DNA of 64,000 bases from the NCBI RefSeq assembly GCF_037042905.1, contig NC_087246.1, forward strand, positions 25,048,001 to 25,112,000, given 5' to 3'. The position numbers and the translations under genes were made by a program. This DNA comes from Lytechinus pictus. Lineage: Eukaryota. The notes beneath the pieces are model-generated. The model did no database searches, was not told the origin of the DNA, and was given only the letters and a program-made list of their open reading frames with translations. Positions 1 through 13,000 of this stretch are shown here, one piece after another. How positions within the stretch are numbered: position 1 is the first letter of the stretch; every line of letters begins with the position of its first letter.

Positions 1-302
1 TTTTATGCATGTCCAAATCATGTAACGTGAGTAACCGACACATTCCAAAGATTTGCCAGGAGCATAATAAAATTTCCCAAGTTTTTTTTTATACAAAGGA
101 TAGTCAGACTGTGTACTTTGTTGTGATATTAAGGAGATGTTTAGTTCCTATCAATAATAATGGATTTATAGCTCCAAGTATGAGTCAAGGTGTCTCCAAA
201 TGTAACGTGAGTAACCGTGGAATAGCCCTTATCATATACCGTACCATAATCTTACACTGATGATCATTTTTTTATAAACTATAATTTCATTATTATACTT
301 AC

Positions 303-1062
303 CAGCTTGTTCATATTCATGAGCTGCACTGCCAAAGTCTGGTTTCCATTTGAAGAATGACGTCTTCAAGCTGACGTGAAAATCAAAATGAATCACAACA
401 AAAAGAAAACATGGTAATTTATGAATTAAAAGAATAGAATAAATCAACAAAGTGATCTGAAAGTTGAAACTCTGAAAGGAGTTGATTCACAGAAAGAGAA
501 AGAACACTGAACTTCTGAAGCATGCATCACATTTACTTAGTTAGACTAGAGTAGTCTAGATTGATGCTGAAAAATTATTTGAACTGCAAGTCAAAAATTA
601 CTTAATAATAATATGCTCCAAGGGGCCGCACCGAGCCTTTGAACTCAAACCCAGCCAGGCCGCCTCGGGCAAACATTAGATACTATCGCAGAGCCAGAGT
701 GCATCCGCTCGTCTACTTTATTTAATAACTTCGAGCTTCGCAAAGCGTAGGCAGCGATCCTCAATCACGGCCACGGGGAACTAGCCGTGGCAGGAAGTTA
801 CACACACGGCCAGCAAGCAGGGTCTGCCGTACGGTATCAAGAGAAGCAAGAGCAAATGAATGAAAATGCTGGTCTTCGAAGTCACGGATTGACGACAATT
901 TTGCATTTATTGATACATCCAACAACATAAATACACATCAAGATTCTGCACTGATAACGGATCAGTAGCTATCAAATTAAAGAGACAAAAGACACACAAT
1001 TACCTCTTTTCGGCCGCCTCAATATGCTCCTTCGCCTCGGAGATCCTTCTTGCATCCGCCAT
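303..1062 (-). CDS. NAPG: Gamma-soluble NSF attachment protein (gamma-SNAP), coding exons 1 (1062-1004) and 2 (370-303); the gene continues off the left edge
   Basis: Spliced translation MADARRISEAKEHIEAAEK-SLKTSFFKWKPDFGSAAHEYEQA matches the gamma-SNAP N-terminus as I recall it (..EHLAKAEKYLKTGFLKWKPDYDSAASEY..). Canonical GT donors and a CAG acceptor on the minus strand keep the frame. Confidence 0.9.
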
Positions 1063-1502
1063 GATTGTAATGATTGTTTTCGTTAGTCTGAGGTCGAGAC
1101 CGATTATTTATAGAGAAAGGTGATTAATATTTGGGATGACACCGAGCAAGCATCCTATAGTTGTTGTTTTACGAGCGGTGCATATCCCCATCGATTCGCT
1201 GACTAATCATGTGGAACTGATGACGTGGAGGGAGGTAACGACTGGAGCTGAAATATCATCAGTTCGATGTCAGACGGATGCCTTCCAGCTCATCATTACT
1301 AAATCAACATCACGATCCTTGATCCTTAGGCCTTGTATGGATTAGTTTTCTACCGAGGCCTCACCGTACCGAGGTGCTACAAGGATAATGAGGATGATTC
1401 TTTTATGCTAATCAGACAATATGTTAATAATAAACGCCAAATCCTCTGTGCGAAATGCATACAGTGCAAGAGAGAGAACTACCGGTACCCTATGTAAATA
1501 TA

Positions 1503-3624
1503 CACAACAACAAAAGTAAGTCCCCCTTGAACAATCATCAATAATTTCCGAACCAGTGCGAGTTTTTGATATATTTTTACATGAGCGTGTAGGAAATTTT
1601 ATAAGCTACCATCTGAGTAAATGTTGTGGACATATTTTACGTCATGCTTCAGTGAGCACCGTCAGAAGGCAAAAATGTCACTTTTCGAAAGTCACAAGCC
1701 AAATATCATGACTTTGATTCCATTTTAATGGAACTGATTCCGCATTCTCATCATGAAAAATAGTCAGAAGGCTTGTAAAAGGTACTTTCTAAAAGACGAT
1801 ACAACTTTTTTGGCTAAATTTCACGGTTGAATAAACACAAGTCCAAATTTGCTGTAATTTGAGTTTTTACACATTTTTATCAATAAAAATGATAGAATAT
1901 GATGACAATAATTTTTGGGAAGAGTATCTTCATCAATATTCATCATTTCACGATTCAATGAACATTTATTGTAAACAAAAAATACGATTTTCAAATATCA
2001 TAGGCAAGTATTGTTTCATTTTGGGAATTGAAACTGATCTTTTATCAACTTGTTCGTTATGTTCATGACCAATTAACATGCTTCAATGATTCAAAGGCGC
2101 TTAATTAAACATTCACGCTTGAATGAACATGTGGAATGTGATTAGCTCTTTTTTACGTTATTGGAAAAAATGCAATTTGTAACTATGGATATCTGTCACA
2201 AACCTCCTTGCATGGTTCATTTGATTTGATTTTTATGAAAATCCCGATGTTTAATGCATCAGTGAGCACACGATATTCGAAAATTATGCAAATGAGAAGA
2301 AAGTTCAAGGCCTTGGCCCCACTCTGTGCCGTATCGAATTGTTATTTTGGTGTGCGCACCTTTTGGATAGCCGTTACTCTGAAGCCATGTGCGAAGTTTC
2401 ATGAAATAACTGTCGGCAGAAGTAACAAAAACCGTCCATGAAACAAACCCTTATTTCATATTTGTTAAAATTTTGACTTCATCTCTCATAGACTTGTGTA
2501 CATTATGGGTGCATATGTTTAAGAATAAGTAACCCCTTATTCAATATGGTGGAACTTTTTTTCAAGGCTGTCTTTAGCAATGTCATTTGGCAGCAATGTT
2601 TATCAACCTATGGGCAGAATTCTGTGCAAAAATGAAATCGATTTGTTCATTTATGGATGAGTGAGCAGTGAGCACGCATCAAAGTGGGAAAATTGGTATT
2701 TTCAATGTCACAGACTCATTTTAAAGGGTAATAAGGTGAATATTGGGGGCAAATTCGGTTTCAAATGTGACTTTAATTGCTGTTGTTTTTGTCATCAATA
2801 ATTTCTATCACCACACACTTTCCGAACTTCTAACATTTTCATGGTTGAGCGAGCACATTCGAAAACTTAGGAATGAATACTCTTTATACTGCATAAATGT
2901 ATTCTTTTCCTAACAATTTCCCATGATGAGTTTAATTTATGGACAAATAAGGGGTGGATCCAGAATTTAAAAATGGGGGAGGGGCCTATAATTGGGGGAG
3001 CCACCAACATTTTCAAATGTTAATATGACCTAACAAGTTGTAGAGGATACTACCAAAACCCCATATGATGATACGTCACAATACAGGGGCCACGGAACGG
3101 TTTTCAAAGTATGGGGGAGGGACTTGGGGAGGGACGTAGCCAAAAGTGTGGGGGGGGGGGGGGCTGGCCATGCAAAAAACACAATCGTATGGCCATTTTT
3201 ACATTTTTTTTACATGCGTTTGGAAAAAAGTGGGGGGTCCCCAGCCCCCCCCCCCCTTACCCCGCTTCTGCGGCCCCTACAATATTGTGCTCACTCAACC
3301 ATGAACATACGATATCAAAATTGTGTGTGGAGTGGCTAAATGATGGATAGTAAAATGGCATTAACACCATAAAATGCACCTAACAATAACTTTTGCCCAA
3401 CTTTGTATTTGCAAAATCTGAAAAACGACTCTTGTGACTTTCAAAAATGGTCATTTTTAATTCAATCTTTAATTACTCATGCATGACTCAACTGATCAAT
3501 CTCATTTTCCCCTAGGAGTTGCTTAATGAGTGTAGAAAACCACCTATGAAATATCATATCTCAAAATAATTCCGTTCAAAAGTTACAGCAATTTGATTTA
3601 GGGGGGACTACTTTTTTTGTTGTG
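1503..3624. mobile_element. Non-autonomous TIR DNA transposon (~2.1 kb) with TA flanks
   Basis: Left end CACAACAACAAAAGTAAGTCCCCCT; right end GGGGGGACTACTTTTTTTGTTGTG is its near reverse complement. TA lies on both sides. No transposase ORF. Confidence 0.7.
3084..3279. mobile_element. Small CAGGGG-terminated MITE nested in the 1503-3624 element
   Basis: Imperfect TIRs CAGGGGCCACGGAA / TTCTGCGGCCCCTA. CAATA is repeated on both flanks (3079-3083 and 3280-3284). Confidence 0.55.
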
Positions 3625-3880
3625 TATATAAAGAGGGATAAAGATCTTCTGGTTTAACAGAACAAAGCAGGCCTACAACATAACACAAACTATGGACATA
3701 CATTTCAGGAAAATCATGCATGACAATTCATAAAAAATAGCTATTTCACTTGCTCTCTCTCATTTCAAAACTTAAGTTAGGATAAATATAAAATTCATTC
3801 ATACCCTGACCCATTCCACTTCAAATTTTTACTTTGTTTATCACAAATCCACAGCCACAACATCATATCCGGAGGATATT

Positions 3881-3921
<41 letters not shown>

Positions 3922-4929
3922 GGGGGGGTATTGATCAGGACTATAGTATTGATCATTGTCCACCACAGGTCATTCATCTTTGCTATCACTGGCATGCATG
4001 CCCCATCCACCCCCCCCCCCCAAAAAAAAAAAGTTTCACGACCAGGACAAAAATTATAAAAAGACTCAAGAAAGAAAATGACATGACGATGATAAGATCA
4101 CTTTCTGAATATTAAGTTTTATCACAAAATCATTTTCATTTTAAAGAGATTTTCATTTTAAGAGATTTTCATTTTAAAGAGACTGAAAAAAAAATGCTCG
4201 CTTACTTCGCTCGCTCTTGATTTTTACAAAATTTTGTCACACCTTGTGCCACCTCATATTTTGTGGTTCATATCGCTAATCATTGCACTATACGGAGATA
4301 CGCTCCACGTTCCGATGATAAAAAAAAAGACCTTTTCACCCCCTCCCTTGCGCGCATCATTAGTGAGACACATATCCTCTAAATAAATTTATTTATTTAT
4401 CTATTTATTTATTTATTCATATTCCATAAATTCTCAAAGTACATTTCATAATAAATCATTTACAGTAGAAATATATCACCTGCATGTGCAGTTTTGAAAC
4501 GTACAAAATGAAAACAAGTGGAGGTCCTATAACGGAAGGGGGAAGGGGGGGGGAGGAAATGAACAACTAGGGGAAAGAGGAAAAGATCCCGGGGAAAAGA
4601 ATGAAAATGGGGAAAGGAGAGAAGACGTGAAGAGAGAGAGAAAAAAAAGTAATAAAAGAGCTGGAGGGGGAGGCGCCAATTTTATATACGACCGGGGGGC
4701 AGCAAATTTACCTGAAATGAGGGGACACCTAATGACCGCAAACTCTGGGGGTGCCAAATTTATGTTCGATCCTTGGGGCACCAATTTGAGGTTTGACCTG
4801 GGCGCGCCAAATTTATGTTTCAGAATTGGGGACGCCAAACTCGTGTTTTTTAGGTTCTCCAGGTCAGATTGGAATTAAGTAGATACCTATCCTATATGAA
4901 TGGTGTTCCGTTGGTAGGTCTGAATCTGA

Positions 4930-5910
4930 ACAAATTTAGCTCGCGCTTCGCGCTCTCATCAATTGTTGGTTATCTATCATGTTTATATTTACAAAAAGTA
5001 CCAAGAATGTCCAGTTTTCAGGCCGGAATATCAAAACTTTTAAGCTCGAGCTTATTCCATTAATTTCTCAAAAAAATGCTTTTCAGGTCTGATCGACAAC
5101 ATTCGGCTATATAGCCCTGCACGCTCGCATTTTGATAGGCGTACCTCTCTGTCTATAACTACAATCCTGTTTTCATGACAGTTTTATCACAAATTTTGGC
5201 TCGCGCTTCGCCCTCGCATTGATTGTTTGAATGATTTGACCCATGCATCCTGATCATGATTTAAAAAAGTGCCTAAAAATAATCCTGTTTTCAGACCTGA
5301 ATATAATAAAATTCATCCTTTTCATGATTTCCTGTAAACTAGTCTTTAAATTGTCCCTTTTTCAGATCGGAATATCATTTTTTCAGCTCGTGCTCCGCGC
5401 TCACATAATTTAGGTTGTATAAGATACCCATCATTTTCATGATAGCAAATGTGTTTAGAATGCCCCGTTTCTAGGTCTAAATTAAAAAAAAGGAAAGAAA
5501 ACAGCTCGCGCTTCTCGCTCGCGTTGTTTATTTAAAAACACAGCTGGTTCTATAGAGTTTCAGATAAGAATATCAACAATTTTAGCACACGTTTCGAATT
5601 CGCATAATTCATTTAGGAAAATAGGCCTATACCCATCCTAATCATGTGTTTTATAGGTCTAAATCTGAAAAAAAAATTAGCTCGTGCTTCGCACTCGTTG
5701 GTTACATGAATTATCTTATCCTGTTTATGTTTACAAAAAGTGCCTATATGATTTATAATGTCCAGTTTTCATATCACAATTTTTAAAACGCGCTTAGCAC
5801 TCGCATTATTAATTGTTGAGATATGTATCGTCTCTAAGAGTTACTGCAAAACAGTCTTTAAAAGGTTTTTTTTCAGGCCAGTATATTAAAAAAATCAGCT
5901 CGCGCTTTGC
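4930..5910. repeat. Degenerate tandem repeat (~100-130 bp spacing) with core AGCTCGCGCTTCGCGCTCGCAT
   Basis: Core variants recur at about 4938, 5198, 5386, 5503, 5679, 5789 and 5897, usually preceded by TTTTCAGG/A..GAATATCAA-like blocks. Confidence 0.7.
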
Positions 5911-6788
5911 GTTCAAATCATTTAATTATGGATTATGAGATACATTTACCTTGTTTATATTTTTAAGAATAAAGCTAAGAAATCACTATATACTACGACT
6001 AAGTAACACCTTAAAAAGAATAAAAATAAAAAATAAATCAGCTTTTAGAGGCCGATAGGGGAATTTTTTTATGAAAACAAGGCGCCCCCCTATTGGTGAA
6101 AGCTGGATCCGCCCCTATTTCTATAGAATCATGTTAGCAGGAGCTGTAATTTCTTCAAAAGTCGTTTAAGAATATCCTTTGGAAATCATATTCATACACG
6201 GATATTGTTTTTCATGACAAAACACATCATTAAAAAAGTGGTCTTAACTCTTATGTTGCCTTTTTTCCAAATGTGATTATGAAATAAGATAATTCAACAC
6301 GCTGCATTTATAGGCACCTATCCCTTGCCTGGCTGGCAGGGGGGGGGCGCTATTTTTCGAAAAGTACACAGGGGCGCCAAAATCAGGTCCCCCCCCCCCC
6401 CCCCGGTGCAGCTGACGTGGCTATACCCTGGGTAAAATAAAGTAATAATAATAATAAATACATAAATAAATACAAATGACTTTCATTTTGGAGTAAACCC
6501 TTTTTTTTTTGCTTGTCAAATTTACTTCAGCACCCCAGTAAAAAAAAATCCTTCCCAGGGCCCTGCTAGCTATAGAGGAAGAGGAAAGACTTTCAAAAAG
6601 ACTCAAAAGATAAGTCTGGGTCGCCTAACTCTATCATACCATATTATTAAATTATGTAAAAAGTGGTGTCAACTTACTATATTCTTGCCATCCCCCATAA
6701 AAAAAAACAGAGGAAGGAAAAGGGAGAGAGAAGTAAAAACTGCTCCCCCAAGACGTTATACCCCCCCCCCCCCTTGCACCCCATTTCT

Positions 6789-6911
6789 TTTGAATTTGAA
6801 GATTGCTGCTGCAGCTCTCACTCGTCGCTGCTGGCGCTACATATTTTCCAGAAAAAAATCAGTTGCGGTGTTCTAATTCTCGCTTCTGATTGGCTGACTC
6901 GCAGCGGCGAA
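6789..6911 (+). promoter_or_regulatory. Putative TPX2 proximal promoter (inverted CCAAT box, CHR-like and E2F-like motifs)
   Basis: TTTGAA twice at 6789-6800, CTGATTGGCTG at 6886-6896 and GCGGCGAAA at 6904-6912, all 110-230 bp upstream of the TPX2 ATG. The motifs are short and function is inferred. Confidence 0.35.
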
Positions 6912-7020
6912 ATCAAAAACTAGGAAATGAAACAATGCTGTTACGTCCGTGATCCTTCTCTGTTTTGGAGTTGAAAATCGTATTCCAGACTGTTTAAAAA
7001 ATATATTTTTATATTCAACA

Positions 7021-10000
7021 ATGGAGCCGGCATCAGTATTTGATGAGACCTATGAATATAACGCCCCAAGATTCGTAGATTTCTCTGTTCCTCACACAAT
7101 CGACGACAAGGCAGACGAATTTTTTGGTAAGTATTTCACTGATTCAGTCACACACAAATAGACTCTACTGTCTACAAGTATGAACTATCGACGCGATGGT
7201 GGTCCCCAAGTCTGCGCACCTAACAATTTGAGTTAAGATTTAACATGAATTACTTTTTCTTTCACAAAATCTTTCAGTTAATAATGTTCCTTATATTATT
7301 ATGAGTAAGTGTACCAAATATTTCATAAAAATTTGAAAGAAATATAGGATTTTCTTGGAAAAAACCTCGGGCTGTCATTTTCAGATTGAAAAAAAAATGG
7401 TAGCCCAATTAGTGTGCGCACCCATTCACTTTGCACACGATTCGGGGATTTTGATGAGAAAGGCTGGATTTTGAGGCCGTCACATGAAATGCCCAAAATT
7501 CATTATTTTTCCACCATTTTGAGTCAGATTTTTTAATGAATATCTGTCTATCTATTGCATACATGTGTAAAGACTGACTCTGTGTTCGTCATGTTCGTTG
7601 CGTATCTTCTTTTACTAGAAATTAGCATGATTAGAATCGCGCAGATACGCATGTGCACAGACAAAAAAGGGGGACTGCGCAGACTTGGGCAGTTGGGGTA
7701 CCTCAGGCGATGTTCGTGCAGGCTCCACTCCACTTCACTACCGCTACACTACGCTCCACCTACCCGAACATCGGGACAGTGAACTCGATCGGATATTCCG
7801 AGTCACAAAGGTGGGATGGCAATCATGGTTATCGTAAAAATTAAAGAAAAAAAATATAACGAGGGATATGAATGACTTAATATCTTACTCTACAGTGACT
7901 ACACCCGTATTTCACTCCGTGTCCATCCTCCGGTTATCCTCAAAATTGGTGATTTTGGGCCAGTATCTTTTTCCTCACACATATTATTCACGGCCGATTT
8001 CAAAACATCGCATGCGATCGGTCTGAATTCACAAAAGTGGTTTTTAAAACCATCGGTTGAACTCATACTAGTTTATGCAGATTTCCTGTATAAATTACGC
8101 TTATTTACCGCGTATATTTAAAAAGGTCCAATGCTGATGCGCGCTTTTGTCACAGTGCACCAAATTGATGCAGTATGCTATTTTATTCATGAGTCCACTG
8201 TTTGAACTTTGAAGAGTGGACTCATTATTTATTCAAAACAGTGGACTCATGAATAAAATAGCATGGATAACCACGGCAACAGGCGTCAAAAGTGCATATC
8301 ACCATTGGACCTTTTTTAATATACGTGGTAAATAAGCGTAATTTGTACAGGACATCTGTACAAACAATGGGTTCAAGCAATGGTTTAAAAAACCACCTTT
8401 GTTAATTCGGGCCCTTAAGTCTCACCCACTAATCTTTAATTTTAAGATCTTTTCCCCCCAAAAAAAAATATGGGTACACACATCTGTAGTTTCTATAAAC
8501 TTCCTAATTCTAGTCTGTGTCTGTTCAACACAAAAAGTCAAGTGAAAATGACGAGATACAGTAGTGTATGTTATCGAAAGGGCATGCATGCGCAAGATAC
8601 AATGCTTTTCTTTGATAATGAATATCCATGAAAAAAAGCTGGGATCCCCCCCCCCCTTCTCTCATCTACATGTAGTCTCAATATAATGTGTTTCCATTGG
8701 GTCTATTGGAATGAATTTATCCTGTCTCCTTCTCATCCCACTAAACAGACCTTGAACACGAGGGGAACAATGGCCAGTATGATTTCATGGTTGAACCAGA
8801 TGGGCAGATTCCAGAAGAGTACGATGAGCCTGAACCATCATCAGAATGTAAAAGCTCCACAGCAAGAGTAGAAGGTAAACAACTGCAATTTATTTATCAA
8901 AATTTGAAATTTAGAATCTTCATTCAGAGTCTGACATGATGAATTTGTCATTAGTGCAAGATTTACTACATGATTAAAGTTCACTCTCAAGAAATGCAGT
9001 CTTAAAGGGGAATCCAACCCAAATAAAAACTTGTTTAATATAGGAAAAAGAAGTATCAGACAAGTTGATAGGTGAAAGTTTGAACAATATAGGACAAACA
9101 ATATAAAAGTTGTGAAGTTTTAAAAGTTGTAAATATTGGTAATCACTATACCTATGGAGACTTCAAATTGGCCCCATATGTGATGTCATAGTGATGTAAG
9201 GCAAGGACTACTCATCCATACATAAATTGTCATTTTTCCCAAAAGTTTTATTTCAAATTATATTTTTCTTTTCATGAGGGCGTAAAAAATATACTACCTG
9301 AGTACCTGGATTTTATTTAGATTCCTGCCCCAGGGGAATGGGTACTTAGGAGAAAACCACAAATCCCTGATTATTAAGTACATGGCCTATTGGAAAGTTG
9401 TCCTTGCCCCTTGTCATAATTTACTTACCCAGTTGCCAATTTGAAATCTACCTAGTATTGGTGATCTCAATTTTAATGCAGCTATATATTGCTTGTCTTA
9501 TTTCTGTCAAACTTTCACCATTCTGTTTAATTTATTTTTCTCCTTTCCAACACAACATTTTATGGCCAAGACTGGATTCCCCTTTAACTGTCATTGTGTG
9601 TAATGTAACACTAAATTATTGTATTGATGGTTTAAAATTGTAGCACATTGACTAGGATACTTGTATCATTCTCTTATAATACTGATGTATTTTTATCACA
9701 GGATCACTCATTCATAGTAATAATACAATGTAAAAAAGTAAGAAATTGGTCTTTCCTCGTATTGAGTTCTGTGTCACTCGCACTTTCCATCTGATATCTC
9801 ATTTGTGGTGTTTATCTTAAAAGATATTTGTTACAACACTGTCACCTTCTTTTTATGTATCCTCATACTCTATATGTCTTACCCACGTAATTTACATGTT
9901 GTTTATCTGGATAAATCTATTTGTACAGAGAGGATCTCTGATGTTCCACCTCCCAGGCAGGAAGAGACAGAATCAGTTGAGCATCATCCGCAGATTGAAC

Positions 10001-13000
10001 AGCATCCGCAGGAAACAAGAACAAACTCAATACAAGATACAGCAGGTGAAAATGAATATCACACAAAAGACAATGAGACTGGTCATATGGATCATAATAC
10101 AGAGCACATAACAGACAATGAGAAGGAAGAAATGGAAGTAGCCACAGTGAGAGAAGAGGATGAGAGGATAGACCAACCGGCCAAGGAGGAAACCAAAGAG
10201 GACAAGGAGTTGGAGCATGTGCAAGAACCTGTCTATCAGGATGTGCCCATGACAACCAATGTTGAAAACTTGATGGTGCAAGAGGAGGAGAGCAAAGACA
10301 GGGAGATGCCTGTTGTGGAGCAGAAGACTGTGCCGACTTTTAATGAGGAGGAGGGCGAAATGATGTTCACTCAAGAGAAGGATTCTGTGGAAGAAGAAAA
10401 GCAGTTGGAAGAGAAAGAGGTGGAGGTCATCGAGAAGACATTGGTTACGAGGGATAGCCCAGAGAGCCCACAGATGGAAATGCGAGATGCAGGTAAAATA
10501 AAACTAGAAGACAAATGCCTCTTTCAATCGGTTAGATATGTTCAAGATCATTGTTAAGTCTTTGGAGTTCTCTTGGCTACACATCCATTGATCTCTCAAG
10601 TAGCTGATATGTCTTTGATTTAACCACACGTATAATCTCAATGTACCATATCATGACAGAAGTTAATATCATATCAATAAATAATTTGTAGGAATCACTA
10701 ATTGTACCCTTTCTTGTGAATTGTCAAAGAAAGCAATGTTTCCTTTGTTAACAGAAAGGTCTTCTCTCTTCACATTTGCTTCTTTCATTTTCAACAGAAA
10801 TGCCTGCTGAAGTTGTTGTTCCAAGCAATATAGTGACAGGTTTTGACCATTCTGCCCCAGCAGTAAAGACTGCACCTAAGAACCTAGTAACATCATGGGG
10901 AAACAGTAACGCAGACAAATCTACAAATGCTAACAAGGATGCGAAGTAAGTATATCAGAGCAGCTGCAAATCATTCAAAACTTTATTTGCCTGACTTCAT
11001 TTGATCATTTTTCTTATTCATTAAGGCGGAATATGACATCTATGTAATTGTATTGATGACTTCAAGTTCCAAGGAAACAAGAATCAACAAAATTGTGTCG
11101 GAGGCCAAGCAAGTTAAAACTTTCTTTTCTATAGGGGTAAATATTGTACCAGCATAAAGCTCATTGTAAGTCTCAATCCAACTTTTCAGCATCTCAATTT
11201 ACAGTGTTTTCTTTCTTCCTTCCCACAATTCTATTTGATTGCATGAACTTCCCATTTTATTGGTTCATATGTGGTCTGAGATTATAGTTTATATTCAAGC
11301 AAAAGAAATATTTAGTCAGTTTTATGTACATGTAATTTTGATGGTATTTCTTGCTTCCAGTTGTTTATTGGTATTCATTTTTCAGTGAGTAAATACTAAC
11401 TGCCAAACACCGTTTGATTTATTCCCAGATTGAGACGCTCCGTAAGGAGATCGACTCGTTCTCTCAACAGTGATGTGAGTGGATTAAAGAGAGCCTCTGC
11501 TGGCAACAACATGCAGAGGAGATCCCTACGCATCCACACCAAATCTAGCCAATCACCAGCTCTGAAGAAGAGACGCGTTTCTGACAGATCTCAGAGTAGA
11601 AGTAGGAAGAGCACACCGGTGGCCGCTAAACCTGCTGCAGCTAAGCCTGTCTCCAAACCTTTCATTTCTAGACTGACATTACCTACTACTCCTACTTTCA
11701 TGAAGTAAGTAGATAAATAAATTTGATTAAGAAATAAGATTATATATTTTTATAGTTAAATGTATACATATATTCCTTTTAAGTACTTGTGCATTGGATA
11801 GCTGCCAGGCTGAAGCCAGGGTGATAATGACAAAATGTCATCTTGACTCAACTCTTGAGCACGATGTAGAGCGGTTAGGAGATCTTAATATATTTGTACT
11901 ATTACATGCAAGGCCTCGTAAAGTCGTAAGTAAATCATCAAATCCAAACCTTGCTGTTTCAGGCGTAATACCGCTAAACCCGGTGCCCAATTCAAGAGCA
12001 CAGAACAGATGGAGATGGAGAGAATTGCAGGGTTCCGTCAGCAGCTAGCAGCTCGTAAGAAACAGTCCCAGGCTTCTTATAAGAGGGTACAGGAGTCTAG
12101 TGGGTACCATGCAGTCAAGGCCGTTGTTCCACCCACCAAACCCGTTGGATTCACGTTTGAGACGGATCAGAGGATCAAAGAGCATCCTATGGCTACAAGA
12201 CAAGACACTAAGAGCTTTGAGAGTGACCTACGCAGGGGAAAGACATCACCGGTAGGTTATCATTAACTCGCATTATTATTTGACTGTTTCCTTTTTTGAT
12301 TAATTTTTTAGTCCGTACGTGATTGCTCCTCACACTTAGTAGTGGTTCATATATTAACATAGTCCCGTGGCAAACCATGAAAACTCGAGGCTCTCTCTAA
12401 TACACATATAATCAGCGGACCCAGATTACACATCAGGCATAAAGAATATCTATCAACTGGTTTGTGGACATGAACTGCTGTCTGTTGCTTGTGCGCTTGC
12501 TTTTGGCATTCACCTTGTCATCTGGCATTAAGTCAATAAGACACATCTTAGCTAATCTATGGAGTAGAATATGTACATTGAATTGGGCCTCCTTATAGTC
12601 CAGGAAATAATCATTTTGTCACCTCTGATATTGGTTTTAGGATCAAGAACTATGGCCCGTTTCATAAAACTTATTATAATAGCAAATTTGCAATAACAAA
12701 AATAACTGAAATTTATCAATCTGATTGGCTGATAATAAACTTTATATGAAAATTGTTTATTTGTTATTATAACAAGTCTATATGAAACAGGGCCCAGGTG
12801 GGCTATTTTCTTAAAATTAAGAAAAATTGGGGGGGGGGGCAACCCAAGCTAGCTATCTGCATGACTCTTCCATATCCTTTCCCTCAACTCAATTTCAGGG
12901 TAAGGTCCACCATGGTCCGACTGTACCTAAACCATTTAAGTTGACGGAGAACAGGAAACGAAAGCTTACCGAGGGAGAAGGTAGCAAGGATTCACCCTAC

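Noticed and set aside
1214-1264. C/D snoRNA or SECIS-like hairpin (AACTGATGA..CTGA..TCATCAGTT) upstream of NAPG
   Set aside because: It is too short for a C/D snoRNA, the putative C box is buried in the stem, and it is not in an intron or 3' UTR. It is more likely promoter sequence (TGACGT CRE half-site).
4930-5910. CRISPR-like repeat-spacer array
   Set aside because: The repeats are degenerate, the 'spacers' resemble each other, the context is eukaryotic and there are no cas genes. It is a minisatellite-type repeat.
9805-10557. Stand-alone 250-aa acidic protein with a hydrophobic N-terminus
   Set aside because: It is TPX2 exon 3 (9929-10492) plus intronic read-through.
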